Below the pieces are notes generated by a model. That model did not search any database and was not told where the DNA came from. It saw only the letters and a list, made by a program, of their open reading frames with translations. From IMG/VR virus record IMGVR_UViG_3300028536_000014, positions 124,001-188,000 of that record: DNA of 64,000 nucleotides; one strand, 5' to 3'. Shown here in pieces: positions 30,301 to 40,200 of this stretch (its first letter is position 1; every line of letters begins with the position of its first letter). Both the position numbers and the translations under genes were made by a program.

Positions 30301-30429
30301 GGAATTCAATATTTTGAGTCCAACGGTCATTCGTTGAATGGAAGTGCTTTCCAGCTTCATTCATTAGCGTCTGAATTTGAATTCGCTATTCCCTCTAACA
30401 CTCTTCCTACGGAAACTCTCACGCCATGA
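27400..30429 (+). CDS. modular adhesin / tail-fibre-like protein (Calx-beta, chitobiase-type Ig-like, SPRY/ConA-like domains)
   Basis: ATG 27400 with AGGAG SD; NGTAVASVDY (Calx-beta), YTLDGSDP (CHB_HEX_C_1-like), VGDTLCFWY...VRVNNGAW (SPRY-like). Confidence 0.7.
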   Translation: MPSLVVPQIELDRLIQLILDHYKFQYGITVTADTITASFIQPRVGWITGFEIVSNSDSDNFSCRFYINYTSDYKSNLDPFQIEEIINTSYTSGLANNRYVCYAVLPRTQFPTLSKYVFVPVDDGGGGSPSTYTVGFLQTTGSVVSGQSLDINIGIDSAPSAIVTAHYASANGTAVASVDYVALDGTTTWDVNDGVQKTITLYTGEPYYYHWVAGYDTSQFTLVDSADGLIYNATNNDTQNTYYPSIRTFNLALPSVDQNYYHEFLFGPNGFQQHITIEIDINTVDGSGNTSSSFYAAYLQYNTGTNVFDAQIYSTFNGQNLTPPNPITMPVTIGFEINHDSAIKFFINDTWYNVDDFSFNSDASQIAFSDMSYLSGLTITSVNLLITFDLTTNGGGSNIFDMTAKVSPNQIHVPSDAISPPAGYIGTSGGTLSLTLSNPSSNATIGTTTDNITILDANVCYQKLIVNDDETGFDNSTGSIITGYGGIHYLYTNVNWSNTTSSCGVIADLRLTATNDPTQLGVTDFSQTPLTAAGITNFPVFPNIMIDDVREVTTFSWPNGKFPVSGNFSFNTTDNDLPYNLTLNSDGSYEVKFRFRSFPISGQSNLMYKLMDYNNTDTKGSLPKLNKPSLLIQSYDGTSAYILIYSNDVLYDHTGSVINQGYTFTYTLDGSDPNSGGSTISSGSQFQTAATPGTIVKFKASATGFTDSDVSTCTLNYFTRDLTFPYLTNSISGNTNNIFYFNADGPFTGYESILITLTDQNSSPGSDTMVYSFDGETWHDYTAPFSFPVGWKTPIGKAGFPSVFYYTKQANTHTSSIANLNIFIEYPSRNLTFVPNQNDTSVSVANKTVTLVNTIHNNTELVPVAYFQTHATCTDDFRYIEMKCTNLVDQDGILQIHFNSVGFGQDGHVYPTNYSPVSVPALAWTVGDTLCFWYNYLNGSFQVRVNNGAWQNTSQELFYTTYSEFNMGIQYFESNGHSLNGSAFQLHSLASEFEFAIPSNTLPTETLTP

Positions 30430-31067
30430 TCGAAGTTCAAGTAATCACCTCTAGTCAAGACAATCAAGACTGGTACCAGAAATGTCTAACTGGACTTCAA
30501 TCTCCTGTCGTGAATATCCATTATGGAGAGCTGGTTGAAGGAAATACAAGTGCAGCACGTATGGCGGTCTGGGATGCTTGTGGTGGCGATCTGTTAAGTT
30601 TTGCAGATCCTGATGACATTCCGGTAGCGAATGCCTGGCAGAAGCTTCAGGATGCGTTAGACGCGAATCCTAAGGCCATGGGGGCATATACACTTGAACA
30701 AATCATCGGTGATGATGGATCACCACGAGGTAAGCCGATTAACAACCAGTATTTGGATGCTACACATTCCGTTCTGGTAGTTCATCATCTCCTGGTTGTT
30801 CGTCGTCCACTCTACGAATTAATTCGTCCTTATCTTCAAACGATCAATAGCGGATGCGAATGGTTCTTAGCTATTGCTGCATTAAAGAAAGGCGGTCTTA
30901 TAAAGATTCCAGAAGTGGGTTACTATTGGCGTCGACATGACGTACCAGGAATGTTTGCGGGGCCTGATCCAAATGGAAAGATTCGTAACTTAGCATCTAA
31001 GCTTGATACCACTATGAAACAACGAGATGATTTCATTAAGTGGCTTGACGCTCAATCTTCTCTTTAA
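30426..31067 (+). CDS. GT-A fold family 2 glycosyltransferase
   Basis: SAAR, FADPDD (DxD), HHL and YYWRRH motifs; ATGA overlap with the adhesin gene. Confidence 0.8.
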   Translation: MIEVQVITSSQDNQDWYQKCLTGLQSPVVNIHYGELVEGNTSAARMAVWDACGGDLLSFADPDDIPVANAWQKLQDALDANPKAMGAYTLEQIIGDDGSPRGKPINNQYLDATHSVLVVHHLLVVRRPLYELIRPYLQTINSGCEWFLAIAALKKGGLIKIPEVGYYWRRHDVPGMFAGPDPNGKIRNLASKLDTTMKQRDDFIKWLDAQSSL

Positions 31068-31075
31068 GACATAAT

Positions 31076-31114
31076 GACTATACACTCACTGGTTATTCCA
31101 GTGAGTGTATAGTC
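31076..31114. terminator. hairpin between convergent genes
   Basis: 17-bp perfect stem GACTATACACTCACTGG. Confidence 0.75.
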
Positions 31115-31122
31115 TATGTTGT

Positions 31123-32412
31123 TTATGCTGTTTCAGATGTCTTGATATTATTAATAGACATTTCAATGTAACGTGTCATCGCACGAAGCCCACGGAAGGA
31201 ATAGTACGGAATTTCGAAATAGATTTCGTGGGTCAGTTGAATAATCGATGTAATAAAACGATTGATTAACCTGACATACTGTTTATTCTGAGGATCCTTC
31301 TTCATCATACTCTGGATTGTTCTGGTGATCTGTGGAAGTATTTCATACAACTTTGCCATCACCTTGAAAACAGCAACGTCTTTGGACATGATGGATAATG
31401 ATGTTTTGGCGAATGTTTTGGTTTCTTTGATCATCATAGCAATCTCACTAGGTTGAATTGCTGAGACCATACTAACAATTGATTTACCACGTTCGATATT
31501 CACCATATCGAATTCGTATGCCGAACCATCGATAACAATCGTCACGTTACCAACATCCATGAAGTTATAACCAATAGTCGGACCAAATTTCCGAGTTTTA
31601 TCAAAAACACTATGTCCTTCATTGGTTTGAGGAAGTGATTTTAGTAGTTCTTCTTCAAACTTCATTAGTTCTTTGAAGATGGGTTCGAAATTATATTTTT
31701 CAGCTGTCAATTCTTTCAGAACCTTACTTGTCAAATCGATGGTTTTTTCAACCACAGTAAATGCTTTGGTTGAAAGTTTATTCGTGTTATCCATCAACTT
31801 CGAAGCACTTTCTGCATTAGCGGTTGTTCCATCATACGTTAATTGACGTGCAATAGTGGAATCGTTAAATTCCGATTTCTTCATTGTACCTTTTGATTTA
31901 CCTTCCAGCTTAATCTCAAGCTCATCCAGCATCTTGAGATACTTTTTGTAGACAGATACGTACGAATGGAAGAAATCGCTTATGTTATTCCAGATTCGTG
32001 TCAGGTGATTGGCAATTCCTGTCCAGATTCTGGAAATACTATCCAAGATATTAGATTCCAGAGCCGCTTCTGTCATCGTCAAACGAGTGTCTGGATTTGC
32101 AAATCCTTCCATTGCCAATTTCTTGGCTGGCATGCCGAGACGAATTTGGATTGATTCCAACGTTACTCGAACAGCTTCTGCAGAATATTGATCAAGACCA
32201 ACCTTGTCATCGATCGCACCCTGAACCACACCGGACAGATCACATAGTGTATCAATCGATTCTAGCGCAGCTTCGACGTTCAGATGGTCCTGAATCACTT
32301 CTTCAGCCAGGTGTTCAATTTGACCGATTGTTGTTTCCACTTCGACAAATGCATTTGGATCATCAGGCACATCAGCGATGATGGGTTCGTTCTCAAGAGC
32401 AAAAAGTTTCAT
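31123..32412 (-). CDS. internal head / ejection protein (phiKZ gp93/gp162-type family)
   Basis: Acidic propeptide with ALE/AME/TLE sites followed by an amphipathic helix (ISRIWTGIANHLTRIWNNISDFF). Confidence 0.75.
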   Translation of the reverse strand: MKLFALENEPIIADVPDDPNAFVEVETTIGQIEHLAEEVIQDHLNVEAALESIDTLCDLSGVVQGAIDDKVGLDQYSAEAVRVTLESIQIRLGMPAKKLAMEGFANPDTRLTMTEAALESNILDSISRIWTGIANHLTRIWNNISDFFHSYVSVYKKYLKMLDELEIKLEGKSKGTMKKSEFNDSTIARQLTYDGTTANAESASKLMDNTNKLSTKAFTVVEKTIDLTSKVLKELTAEKYNFEPIFKELMKFEEELLKSLPQTNEGHSVFDKTRKFGPTIGYNFMDVGNVTIVIDGSAYEFDMVNIERGKSIVSMVSAIQPSEIAMMIKETKTFAKTSLSIMSKDVAVFKVMAKLYEILPQITRTIQSMMKKDPQNKQYVRLINRFITSIIQLTHEIYFEIPYYSFRGLRAMTRYIEMSINNIKTSETA

Positions 32413-32449
32413 TGTTTAATCCTGGATTGGAATTGTTTTTTGATACAAC

Positions 32450-32483
32450 ACTCTTCATCTCTTTTGAATGAGAGATGAAGAGT
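32450..32483. terminator. intergenic hairpin
   Basis: 13-bp stem ACTCTTCATCTCT. Confidence 0.65.
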
Positions 32484-32495
32484 AGATATAACAGA

Positions 32496-33251
32496 TTACC
32501 ATCTAGTATAAAGAGGAATGATAGGAAGCTCAGAAACTGAAACTTTCCTGAGAGCATCGAGTGCAAGTTCACGTGTACTTTCCATCGCAACCAGTTCACG
32601 AGAGTCCACGATACGACGGAGTTGTTTTTCTGTTACTTTTGTTTCAGAAACCGATTCAAGTGAAGGCGAATCCCATTTATTTGCCATGGTAATACCTTGC
32701 TCATTAACTTGATCAAACGTTACGATCGTTGTTAGAACACGATAACACTGACCACGTTCATAATAATTATTGGTTAAACCACGAATTGAGAATCCAACAT
32801 TTTCAGATGGATTCAATAAAGATGCGGCAAGTGATGCACCGTGAGGACCAGACGGCTTGATTCGTGCCATAATAGCAACGAGTTTAGGATTCTTGAACTG
32901 TGGATTACGACCACCAAATTCATAATCCAGACGAAGTTCCCGAATATGACAACAAACATTGGTTTCCTCAATCGTTAGAATACGTTCCAAATAAGAATCT
33001 TCTGATTGACCAGGTTGCTTTTTGGGATGACCCAATTCCGATTTAAGAACACCTTTATTAATGCGCCGCATCAGAATTGAAGAACTCTTAAAAAGATCTT
33101 CAGCGCCCTGCAGGGTGTAATACTCACCTGCGCTATTGAACGCATTCAAACCACCTACAGGGAACTCGTAATAACCATCTGAATCAGGTGTCAGAATTCC
33201 TTTCTTCCCTTGGGGGAGAAGACGAGTCGATGTAAAGCGAATCGATTTCAT
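32496..33251 (-). CDS. prohead protease (phiKZ gp175-like)
   Basis: ELGHP (His), GFSIRG (Ser), TFDQVNEQG (Asp); C-terminal SLE/AME candidate autocleavage sites. Confidence 0.9.
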   Translation of the reverse strand: MKSIRFTSTRLLPQGKKGILTPDSDGYYEFPVGGLNAFNSAGEYYTLQGAEDLFKSSSILMRRINKGVLKSELGHPKKQPGQSEDSYLERILTIEETNVCCHIRELRLDYEFGGRNPQFKNPKLVAIMARIKPSGPHGASLAASLLNPSENVGFSIRGLTNNYYERGQCYRVLTTIVTFDQVNEQGITMANKWDSPSLESVSETKVTEKQLRRIVDSRELVAMESTRELALDALRKVSVSELPIIPLYTRW

Positions 33252-33253
33252 AA

Positions 33254-33973
33254 TTAGGCTCGTAAGATCTTTTCGATCTTTCCTGTTTTAGTTGAAGGAT
33301 TTACAATCGCTGAAACGATACCGTCGTGAAAATAAGCACCGGACAATTTACTGACCGTATTATTCACGGCGTATAAGACAGACTTCAACGAAATGAATTC
33401 GATCTTATCCAAACCATAGTCATTAATATCTTTAGCAGTTTGTCTCAAAGACTTTGAACGCTCTTCAATCCGACGGGCGATAACGCCTACTAAGAACTCA
33501 ATAGTCTGTGGAACTTTAGCGATTTTAGATCCAGCATGTTTATCGGCTGTATCAAAAATTGAACATAAGTCATCGACATTTGCCCACCAAGGAACCTTTC
33601 CTTTCATAATAAATTCGTCTAATACGTTAAACGTCAACGTATCTTGACGTATCAATTTTAATGAACGAATAATAGGCGTATCGATATCAAAATGGAATTC
33701 ATAATACGATTCTTCTTCAATAGTCGCCATCGTTGTACGAGAAGGAGTTAAATCCATCAGTGAACAAACGTTCATTACAGTATAAACATCATCTTCGAAG
33801 AGTATTGGAAAGAATCCATAAACAGACGTGACATCTGTAATACTCCCCAGTCCAACATTCATCCATCGCTCAGGAACCTGTATACGGCAAGGTACTCGTG
33901 TGAGTACCTTGCCGTCTTCTAATACAGTTAAACGATCGAGACAAATATTTTTGTCACGTTTGAATAAGGTCAT
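33254..33973 (-). CDS. conserved protein (phiKZ gp176-like)
   Basis: Synteny; GKVPWW and SKLSGAYF motifs. Confidence 0.7.
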   Translation of the reverse strand: MTLFKRDKNICLDRLTVLEDGKVLTRVPCRIQVPERWMNVGLGSITDVTSVYGFFPILFEDDVYTVMNVCSLMDLTPSRTTMATIEEESYYEFHFDIDTPIIRSLKLIRQDTLTFNVLDEFIMKGKVPWWANVDDLCSIFDTADKHAGSKIAKVPQTIEFLVGVIARRIEERSKSLRQTAKDINDYGLDKIEFISLKSVLYAVNNTVSKLSGAYFHDGIVSAIVNPSTKTGKIEKILRA

Positions 33974-35448
33974 TAAATCCTGACGATTTGAATCTGACCT
34001 TGGAGATAATCGACGATATAATTGATCGTCGCAATGAACGCTGCTTCTTCGGGTGAGGTATTTTCACTCAATGTTCCGATCTCCTGCATGTCGTTCACAA
34101 ACTTTTCGGCATAAGTAAAGTGATATTTATAACCAGCGATCAGTTTCTTTGCCATTGTCTGTACATCACAAAGTGTTTCTTTCCTCAGACCGTGGAGATA
34201 TTTCTCCACTTCTTTCTTGATATTATCATGACAAGAAGGATTCCTCAATAGGAACGATTGTTCCAGATCTTCTTGATAATCAGCTGTCATATATCGGCAG
34301 AACAGATCATAATAGAACTTACGCAGACTTGCTGCTTTAGTGTATTCAAGACTTTCAAGATAAACCTGAACGTACTTCTTCCAGGTGTCTTGAAGCACGA
34401 TAGCGTTCTTATCGATCTCACTAACCGAATAGAAACGCTTGGAACCCACCAGGATACCCATGATGATATCAGCATTACCACCAGCGGTTAACCAACGATC
34501 ATACACTTCTGACGAAACTGTGATTTTCTTGTGGAACGTATCCACATAAGTAACCAGGATATCAGATTTGTTATTGTTACTGATACGACCCAGAGTATTA
34601 ATTAACACTGTTCCTGCATAAAACATATGTTCGAACAAACGATTCTTCACTGAAGCAGTTGATTCGTTCGTGATCATATCGGGCAGATGATTCGTGTAAT
34701 AGTTAGCAATCAGAAAATAAGCTAACGACACATTAAGTCGAACATACATATCAGGAGAATTCATATCGTCTTGACTGACGAAAGAACCTTTATAGTTCCT
34801 ATTCACGTTAGAGCTAGCAAAGAAACTATACCAGACAGAATCCAGATATTTGAACTGGTTGGTAACATACCAACTCGCTACTAAATTATCCAAAGCCGTA
34901 TTGCTGGTCGAAGCGACTGTCAAGAAATCATCCGGAATACCCATGTCGAAATTTAACGTTGAGGTATTCGGATTAACTGTTTTCTTGTATTTGAATGTTT
35001 CCAGAAGACTTAAGAAACCAGCTTCCTGAACAATATCGGGGATGCTAGTACGACAGATCTCGAGTTCAGAAGCTGCATTGGATCCACCCAGCATTTCCAT
35101 GAAAGCTTGGGAATCTTTAGCAAATTCTATTGTACGAGGGACTACCGTGTTATGAATATAACTGATGTGAGCTTTGATACACCCCGTCAATTTCTCCACA
35201 CTGGAGTCGAATGATGCCCCCCATATCACACCAAAATCACCAGCGCTATGGAATTCCAACATATCGCTGTAGAAGTTGAGGTTGTCATCATAATCGATAG
35301 GAGCTGGCACCGGTCGATCATTTTCAATCGGTGTCGAAAGTCCGACGAGTTCAGAAAGCACACTCGACATAGAAGGCTGAAGTAGGATACCCTTCTTCGC
35401 CAGATCTTCTGCAAATGCAGCAGCAGTATTAAACGAACGTCCAAGCAT
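33973..35448 (-). CDS. conserved protein (phiKZ gp177-like)
   Basis: 491 aa; synteny between the protease and RNAP genes. Confidence 0.65.
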   Translation of the reverse strand: MLGRSFNTAAAFAEDLAKKGILLQPSMSSVLSELVGLSTPIENDRPVPAPIDYDDNLNFYSDMLEFHSAGDFGVIWGASFDSSVEKLTGCIKAHISYIHNTVVPRTIEFAKDSQAFMEMLGGSNAASELEICRTSIPDIVQEAGFLSLLETFKYKKTVNPNTSTLNFDMGIPDDFLTVASTSNTALDNLVASWYVTNQFKYLDSVWYSFFASSNVNRNYKGSFVSQDDMNSPDMYVRLNVSLAYFLIANYYTNHLPDMITNESTASVKNRLFEHMFYAGTVLINTLGRISNNNKSDILVTYVDTFHKKITVSSEVYDRWLTAGGNADIIMGILVGSKRFYSVSEIDKNAIVLQDTWKKYVQVYLESLEYTKAASLRKFYYDLFCRYMTADYQEDLEQSFLLRNPSCHDNIKKEVEKYLHGLRKETLCDVQTMAKKLIAGYKYHFTYAEKFVNDMQEIGTLSENTSPEEAAFIATINYIVDYLQGQIQIVRI

Positions 35449-35459
35449 GTCAAATGTCC

Positions 35460-35657
35460 TTAAATAGAATCGATGATGTTGCTGGTGAGTTTGGACACAA
35501 CAAGATGTTCAATCTTATCGCGAGTCAAAGATTCGTCATTCAGAGTCTTCGAAATATGTTGTTCGCTGATACCTGCAATGATGGCATGAGCGAGAGCGGT
35601 AGCATTTGACAACACGGTACCGTTTTGTTTGATAGCAGCGGCATTTGGGTTTTGCAT
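35460..35657 (-). CDS. small hypothetical protein
   Basis: ATG 35657 with GAGG SD; fills the gap after the RNAP gene. Confidence 0.65.
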   Translation of the reverse strand: MQNPNAAAIKQNGTVLSNATALAHAIIAGISEQHISKTLNDESLTRDKIEHLVVSKLTSNIIDSI

Positions 35658-35670
35658 TTGAACCTCGTGT

Positions 35671-36789
35671 TTATTCGTTATACAACTTGACCGCATTCTG
35701 AGCAAACAATTTCAGAAGCGTAATGGTAGTACCCAGGATATAAGGAGACATCACATTACGAGCTGCGATGGACCGACATCCAAAAACCGCATCGATTTCT
35801 TCACCTGCTTCTGTATAAAGTTTGTAATCCATGACTTCTGAGTTAACACTTTTCATTTGATTCGCGAAAACCACCTTATCAGCAATTCCCATATTCATGT
35901 TAACAGTGATATAGAAACGAATCTCGGCTTTATTCAAACCAAGCGGCGTTCCTTCAACACGATAATCGTCAGTCACTTCCCCAGTAAACTTGGGTTTATG
36001 GGTGCTTTTAGCTTGTTCAGAAATGAATTGATCGCTAAGATCAGCTAATTTACGGAGAGAAGAACTCATCTGTTCCTTATCACCGTGATAGAAGACCTCT
36101 ATACGATCCACAATTCCGAAATAATTGGAACGAGGAGATTGCTTAGAAAGACCTTTCAGTGTCTCAATAGCGTTCTCACCAAACGTTCCGATTTGAGATG
36201 TTATTTCATCTTCGACACTCATTAAAATGTCTTGTGGTTTAACAGTTTGAGAAGGTTTTACAACATGATGAATATTCTGTTCGAATGTCACCACAAAACT
36301 TCTCAAGTAAGTAACCCTAGTCTCAAGCTTCTCTGATAACTTTTTCGAAATAGAAGAAGCATCTTCATGAGTTTGTTTGGTTTCCCATAATACAGTTTTA
36401 GCTGTCAATGAGTTTTTCATCACAAGTTGACCAGGATTCCAAACATCATATTCGAAATAAGAAATGTTATAAGCAATGGGATCTCCCTTCTTAAAGGACT
36501 CCCCTTCCTTAACAGATGCTTCGATATCAAACGGAAAGATCGATCCTTCAGATCGACCAAACTGACGTCCTAATTCAACACCGATCATTTTACCACTTTT
36601 GTATTGAACAACAACACCTTTATCAGTTACCTTAGTAACAACACCATCCTCTTTTGCACAGTAAGCAAAAAGAGGATTTGTCCGTTGTGCAATAATCGAT
36701 TCAAATCCAGTTCTTACAAAAGGTGGGTGATATCCTTTTGCTGGAATGCCGTGACTATTCTGAATTGAGATGAAATTGATACGATTCAT
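35671..36789 (-). CDS. virion RNA polymerase beta subunit (gp178-like), exon 2
   Basis: NRINFISIQ, VRTGFE, HEDAS, ADKVVFANQMKS, IDAVF...SIAAR. Confidence 0.9.
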   Translation of the reverse strand: MNRINFISIQNSHGIPAKGYHPPFVRTGFESIIAQRTNPLFAYCAKEDGVVTKVTDKGVVVQYKSGKMIGVELGRQFGRSEGSIFPFDIEASVKEGESFKKGDPIAYNISYFEYDVWNPGQLVMKNSLTAKTVLWETKQTHEDASSISKKLSEKLETRVTYLRSFVVTFEQNIHHVVKPSQTVKPQDILMSVEDEITSQIGTFGENAIETLKGLSKQSPRSNYFGIVDRIEVFYHGDKEQMSSSLRKLADLSDQFISEQAKSTHKPKFTGEVTDDYRVEGTPLGLNKAEIRFYITVNMNMGIADKVVFANQMKSVNSEVMDYKLYTEAGEEIDAVFGCRSIAARNVMSPYILGTTITLLKLFAQNAVKLYNE

Positions 36790-37243
36790 CGAGAATATTC
36801 AAACAAACTCGCTAGGTCTGTTTCGCGCCATTACGCGCAGCTTTAGGTCTCCCTAAAGTCTAGGTCATATCTTCACCCACAGCTTAACCTGGTTGGGTGC
36901 TTCCCATTTCGGATCGCTTGATCCTACAGGCTGACAAAGCCCTGACCGTCGAACCTTCTCCATATCCGAAGACGTAGGAGCTTGGCTGCTGATTGTCTCT
37001 ACTCCGGGCTTTTCCAACCCTGGCTTTGTCTTTCGACTCGCAGTGGTGACCGGATTTGACGAGATGTTCCAGCAATTAAAGAAGATTCAACTGTAGATTT
37101 CTCTACAGTCGGACTATAGTACGAATAGATGTATCCATCGGGATAAACACCTTTGTTATTGTTGGTTCTAAACCCCATGTTAAGTGTGGTTTTCTTGATA
37201 TTGAATCAAGAAAAAATCAACAATAACAATTTACGTACGTTCA
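36790..37243 (-). mobile_element. group I intron (IA-like), 454 nt, no homing endonuclease
   Basis: Exon ends in U (GAT), intron ends in G. P AATTGCTGGAA 37067-77, Q AATCAGCAG 36986-94, R GTTCGACGGTCA 36943-54, S AAGATATGACC 36863-73; GNRA loops in P2 and P9; splicing restores HDD|MNR. Confidence 0.92.
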
Positions 37244-40200
37244 ATCGTCGTGCATTGCACCCGCTGCTAAAAGAACAGCCGAACAGTGTCGATTAGCATT
37301 TTGGACTTCCGCATCATGATTCTTAAGACCACGATGATTACGAAGATGAGGATCTGAAGAGGTATAGATATTAACACCCACATCAGAACTATCTACAGTT
37401 CCTTCAGAGATTACACCGACATCTTGAACATGAAAAGATCGAGAAGCTTTATTCATTCCATCAGAAGAACGACCGCCTTCTCCAACATAGGTTACACTTT
37501 CATCATTCTTAATGTCTTGAATCGGATTGATTTCAGGAACTAACATTACAGTTGGATCACTGTTGATAGCTGACCAGACCTTATAAGGACTGATATCAAT
37601 CTTACTTCGACCTGCTATGTTCTTACTCCGGAACTGACGAATAGCTGCCGTCATTTCTTTATAGACAGCACCAGAGAAACGTTCATATCCTCGAATACGT
37701 GTATAGGAACCATCGTATTCTTTTGGATGTTGATATGACATTAACATTTCAGTAGCTTTCAAAAGTAATCCATCGAAAGTCACTGGTTCATTCATGTCTT
37801 TTAATATTTCTTCAGTGATAGGATCGATGAAATAATCAAACAACATATCAATCTCACGAAGATAGATTGCACCTAGACCTTTACTGGTTAAGAGATTCAT
37901 GTAGATATCTTGATGTTCAAAATCCTTAACACTTGCCGATTTCGTCATCTTGGCATAATCTAAGAATCCAGCCAGTATCATTGTTGCAAAGTGATTTTTA
38001 CGAGAGAAGATATAAACACCGTCATTAAACGGAATGGGATATTCATCTGGCGTAAGATTCAATCGTTTCTTTGGTTCAACAAAACGTGGTTTGACTTCCA
38101 ATAAAGCTAGAAGTTTAGACCACCCCAATCGGTAACCTAAAATCACACCTACTGGCACATTTTTGCGAAAGATTGCTAATTCACTAAAACGAATAGGTGA
38201 GTTATGAGGATCCAAATTAAGAACTTTAAAGATATCCCCAAAAAGTTCTAATTTTCCTTCTTTTAAAATATAAAAGTCATTATTCATATCAACCCAAAGA
38301 AGTCCGTTATCCGGAGCATGTCCACACCACCGCATACCTTCTCTAGGAGATGACATCCTAATATTCTTACCGTTATCGCACATCAAAGAAAAGCCTCCTG
38401 CTTTAAAGGAGACGAAGCTTGTTGAAAGTAAACCGAAGATATAAGGTATCTTGGCATAAGAATCAAAGGTATTACCAGGTACTACATCTTTGATCCATTC
38501 ACTACCTTCAAAAGAAGCCTTATTGATTTGCTTTAAGATCCAATCAGAAGTGCTATTTGCAATTTTACTTTCCGAAGAAACAAATGCTTTTCCATAGTAG
38601 CTATTCAGAGAGACTTCGTTCGGACTGATCTTACGAATCGGTAAGTCTGCACGATTCTTTCTAAGCATATAACGGTTACCCGCTACCTTAAACGAACCGT
38701 CATGTTCAACGACTGGAAGTTTAAACCAAATTGAAGAAGCAGTACCATTGATAGGTTTCAATTGTAGATTATGAATTTCTACATTTCCCATCACGGTATG
38801 TTCTTGAGTGATCTCATGTTTTTGAATAATGACACCACCCTTCTGAAGACCACCCACCATTTTAATAACATCATTCTTCATGTGTTCATCGATGTAATCA
38901 CGAGTATAACTCTGAAGTGTACTTTGAGTCATGCTCTTATCAATGATAGTTGGATGATCGGCTAACTGTGTCTCACTTGAATGAATGATCAGTTGTTCTG
39001 GATGGATTTCAGTCTTTTGAGCTGTTAAATTACCACTACCATAAGGGTCTAACATCTTAATATAAGCATCGGCATCTTGAAGCGCTTTCTTATAAGAAGC
39101 AGCATTCAATGTTCCATCTTCTAATGCTTCGACCATTTTCTTCTTTAAGGCATTATTAGGTATTAATGCTGTATGAACTTCTTCATGAATATCTTCGTGG
39201 TTATAAACTGTCGTAGGATGAACTTCTACAACTTCGTTATCTTTTAATGAAATACCACGCTTATGAAGATCAAAACGATTCTTTTGTTCCAGAATCTCCA
39301 TATCGTCATTCAGATTCTGGATGATATTATCGCTAAGTTCATCGATTGCATCGATAGATTTCAAAGGTTCTTGAAACTTCTTTTCTATAGGGGGGGTTAT
39401 ATTCTTTTGTTGAAAACTTTCGATCGGACCTTCGTCGATGTAATCGTGTTCATCATTATGATCTTCAATCTCTTCAACAGTTTCTTCTGTCTGAGGAATA
39501 GTTTCAGCTGCATCTTCAGGAATCGCAGAAGAAATAACCAATAGGTATTTAAGTAAAGCTCTAACCATGATCTTACGATCACGTTGTAAAGATACTTTAA
39601 TCGTAGAGACGTTTTCATCACCTTTGATCCAACTATAAAAGTACGAAAGGTTCAAAGTGCTACAACGTCCATCTGCTAACATGAAAACCATGTTAATCTT
39701 CTTCAGTGCTTCAATAGGAATCAAATTGAAAACACTACGATCTCTCAACTCGTCTTTGATAAAATTAGACAAATGAAGAATCAAACGTTTCTCATGAGTA
39801 TTAAATAAACGAGCTAACGTCATACCTTCTTTATCAGAATAATTCAACAACATGTTATAACTGGGGATATTAATGATTGGATCCAAAAGAACAAAATGTT
39901 GACGATTAGATTTTAATGCCAATGCACCAATATGTGACCAGAATGTTTTCTGATAACTCTCCCATTTCTGATATTCGGAAATGGGAGTATGAACATATCG
40001 ATATGTGAATTTCAATGGATTGTAATCCACCACAATCATCGTACGTTCATCAATTTGTATGTCAGATGCTCGAGGAATATAACGAAACAGATTATGTTTC
40101 TTGATGAATGGTAGAATAAAACGTTGTGGAACAAACGGAAGTGTTCTTGGATGCCCTTCCATTAAGTCACTGTGATAAACCAGTTCTAAAGGAAGACGTT

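Noticed and set aside
27400-30429. Diversity-generating retroelement target
   Set aside because: No reverse transcriptase and no template/variable repeat pair seen in the window.
36884-37075. 63-aa ORF inside the intron as a homing endonuclease
   Set aside because: It overlaps the catalytic core and has no HNH, GIY-YIG or LAGLIDADG motif.
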